This document shows, one piece after another, positions 63,053-64,000 of a stretch of 64,000 nt of DNA (its first letter is position 1; each line of letters starts with the position of its first letter). A program made the translations under genes and the position numbers. This stretch comes from Chloroflexota bacterium (lineage in GTDB: Bacteria > Chloroflexota > Limnocylindria > QHBO01): NCBI GenBank assembly GCA_038040195.1, contig JBBPIR010000001.1, positions 489,141 through 553,140 of the forward strand, written 5' to 3'. The notes under the pieces are model-generated. The model was not told the origin of the DNA and did no database searches. It saw nothing but the letters and a program-made list of their open reading frames with translations.

Positions 63053-64000
63053 ATGAAATCCGCGCCGCGCGGCGCCATCTTCTGGGGCGCCGCACTTGTC
63101 ACCGCCGGAGTGGTGATCCTGGCCATTCAACAGGGCTACATCAACGACGAGATCCTGGCCGAGGCCTCGCGGTGGTGGCCCTTGATCCTGATCGGCGCCG
63201 GCGTAGCGGTCATTTTCGCCGGCAGCCTGGGCGTGGTGGCCATCGGCTTGGCCGGGATCCTTCTCGGCGCGTTGATTGGCGGGCTGGTGGGGAGCGGGGG
63301 TTCGTTCCCGACTGCGTGTGGTGGCGGTGACCCCGCCCCGTTGGGCGCCTTCGAAAGCGGCTCCTTCGGCGGGAGTGGCGGCGACGTCGAGCTAGATCTC
63401 AATTGCGTCACCCTCGAGGTGAGCGGCGGAGACGCCCCGGAGTGGATCGTCGAGGCCGACGAGGAGTCCGCCTCGGATCTCGAGCTGGCCTCGGCCGAGC
63501 GGAACCTGGTAATCCGATCCGGCGACGCGGTGTCGCTGGGCGGACGCCGTAACGTGGCGCTGGCACTCCCCCAGGACGACGGTACGAACATTTCGACCTC
63601 GCTCAACGCCGGGGACGCGACTCTGGATCTGGCCGGAGGCCACTGGGGCGCGATCCTGATGGACGGGAACGCGGCGGCCTTTACGGTCGACCTCTCGGAC
63701 GCGGAGGTGGACTCGCTGGAGGCGTCACTGAACGCGGGATCGGCCGGCCTCCAGTTCTCCGATCAGACCGCGGTCGGATCGGTCCGGCTGAGCGCGAATG
63801 CGGGCGAGTTCCACGTCTGCGTGCCCGATGGCATCGGCCTGCAGGTCACCATCGGCAGTGACGTCGCGGTGGGTCACAACCTCGACGAAGAGGGATTGAC
63901 CGAGGATGGAGACGTGTGGCGCACGCCGGGATACGCGTCCGCGGACATCCGGATCGACATCGTGTTCAGCGGCAACGCCGCCGCGTTCACGCTCAACCCG
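63053..64000 (+). CDS. Membrane protein with LiaF/DUF4097-like beta-repeat C-terminal domain (partial, runs off the window)
   Basis: The frame is open from the ATG at 63053 to the window end (316 codons, hand-translated) and is not in the supplied ORF track. GGAGGGGA lies upstream. It has two or three N-terminal TM helices, then repeated LNAGDATLDL / LNAGSAGLQF / SANAGEFHV strands. Confidence 0.65.
   Translation, partial: MKSAPRGAIFWGAALVTAGVVILAIQQGYINDEILAEASRWWPLILIGAGVAVIFAGSLGVVAIGLAGILLGALIGGLVGSGGSFPTACGGGDPAPLGAFESGSFGGSGGDVELDLNCVTLEVSGGDAPEWIVEADEESASDLELASAERNLVIRSGDAVSLGGRRNVALALPQDDGTNISTSLNAGDATLDLAGGHWGAILMDGNAAAFTVDLSDAEVDSLEASLNAGSAGLQFSDQTAVGSVRLSANAGEFHVCVPDGIGLQVTIGSDVAVGHNLDEEGLTEDGDVWRTPGYASADIRIDIVFSGNAAAFTLNP

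Noticed and set aside
62551-63330. 259-aa plus-strand ORF in the ABC/LiaF-like intergenic region.
   Set aside because: It spans the promoter and leader region and is out of frame with the convincing membrane-protein gene starting at 63053. Its translation is low-complexity.

Overview
GC-rich bacterial chromosomal window (about two-thirds G+C by eye, not computed). It is densely coding, with about 65 supportable CDS and one intact tRNA. I saw no rRNA, CRISPR array, transposase or integrase. All calls rest on reading the ORF translations and the DNA by eye and on motifs recalled from memory; nothing was searched or computed. The ino1-pgsA-acyltransferase-pimA cluster, a tandem-GNAT MshD-like protein, GpgS and TANNNT-type promoters suggest an Actinomycetota-like lineage, which is inference only.

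Blocks from left to right:
- 40-5745: kinase plus dimethylglycine/sarcosine-dehydrogenase-like pair, an amidotransferase, small membrane proteins and a Zn peptidase.
- 5810-8143: a two-gene RuBisCO large subunit + phosphoribulokinase cassette.
- 8414-16459: an ~8 kb integrase-less segment bounded by an intact tRNA-Thr(CGU) and a perfect 46-nt copy of its 3-prime half. It carries ATP-grasp, Nfu, an orphan SdhA/NadB-like flavoprotein, GH130 and a 777-aa GT4 fusion.
- 16440-23968: a seven-gene translationally coupled minus-strand operon. Order is DEAD-box helicase, catalytically dead LigD-like protein, MGS/Ggs-like GT, USP-GpgS fusion, glycerate kinase, small protein, endonuclease III.
- 24071-35551: housekeeping genes (ZIP/Zur, galE, cca, HNH, pdxST, R3H-AAA ATPase, tmk, darA, DinB).
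- 35650-51516: a complex I (nuo) operon.
- 51501-64000: a sortase-like protein, a degenerate ABC pair, an ArsR-headed phosphatidylinositol/PIM operon, and an ABC exporter with an elaborate leader.

The strongest candidate for something undescribed is the nuo operon. Its gene order is A-B-C-D-H-I(N-half)::E-like, F-like, [2Fe2S::GltD::ferredoxin::I(C-half)], PAS, MBL, J-K-L-M-N. NuoI appears split into two halves fused to either end of an inserted, diverged E/F/G-like cassette. That cassette carries an NADPH-type GltD flavoprotein domain and lacks the molybdopterin-like part of NuoG.
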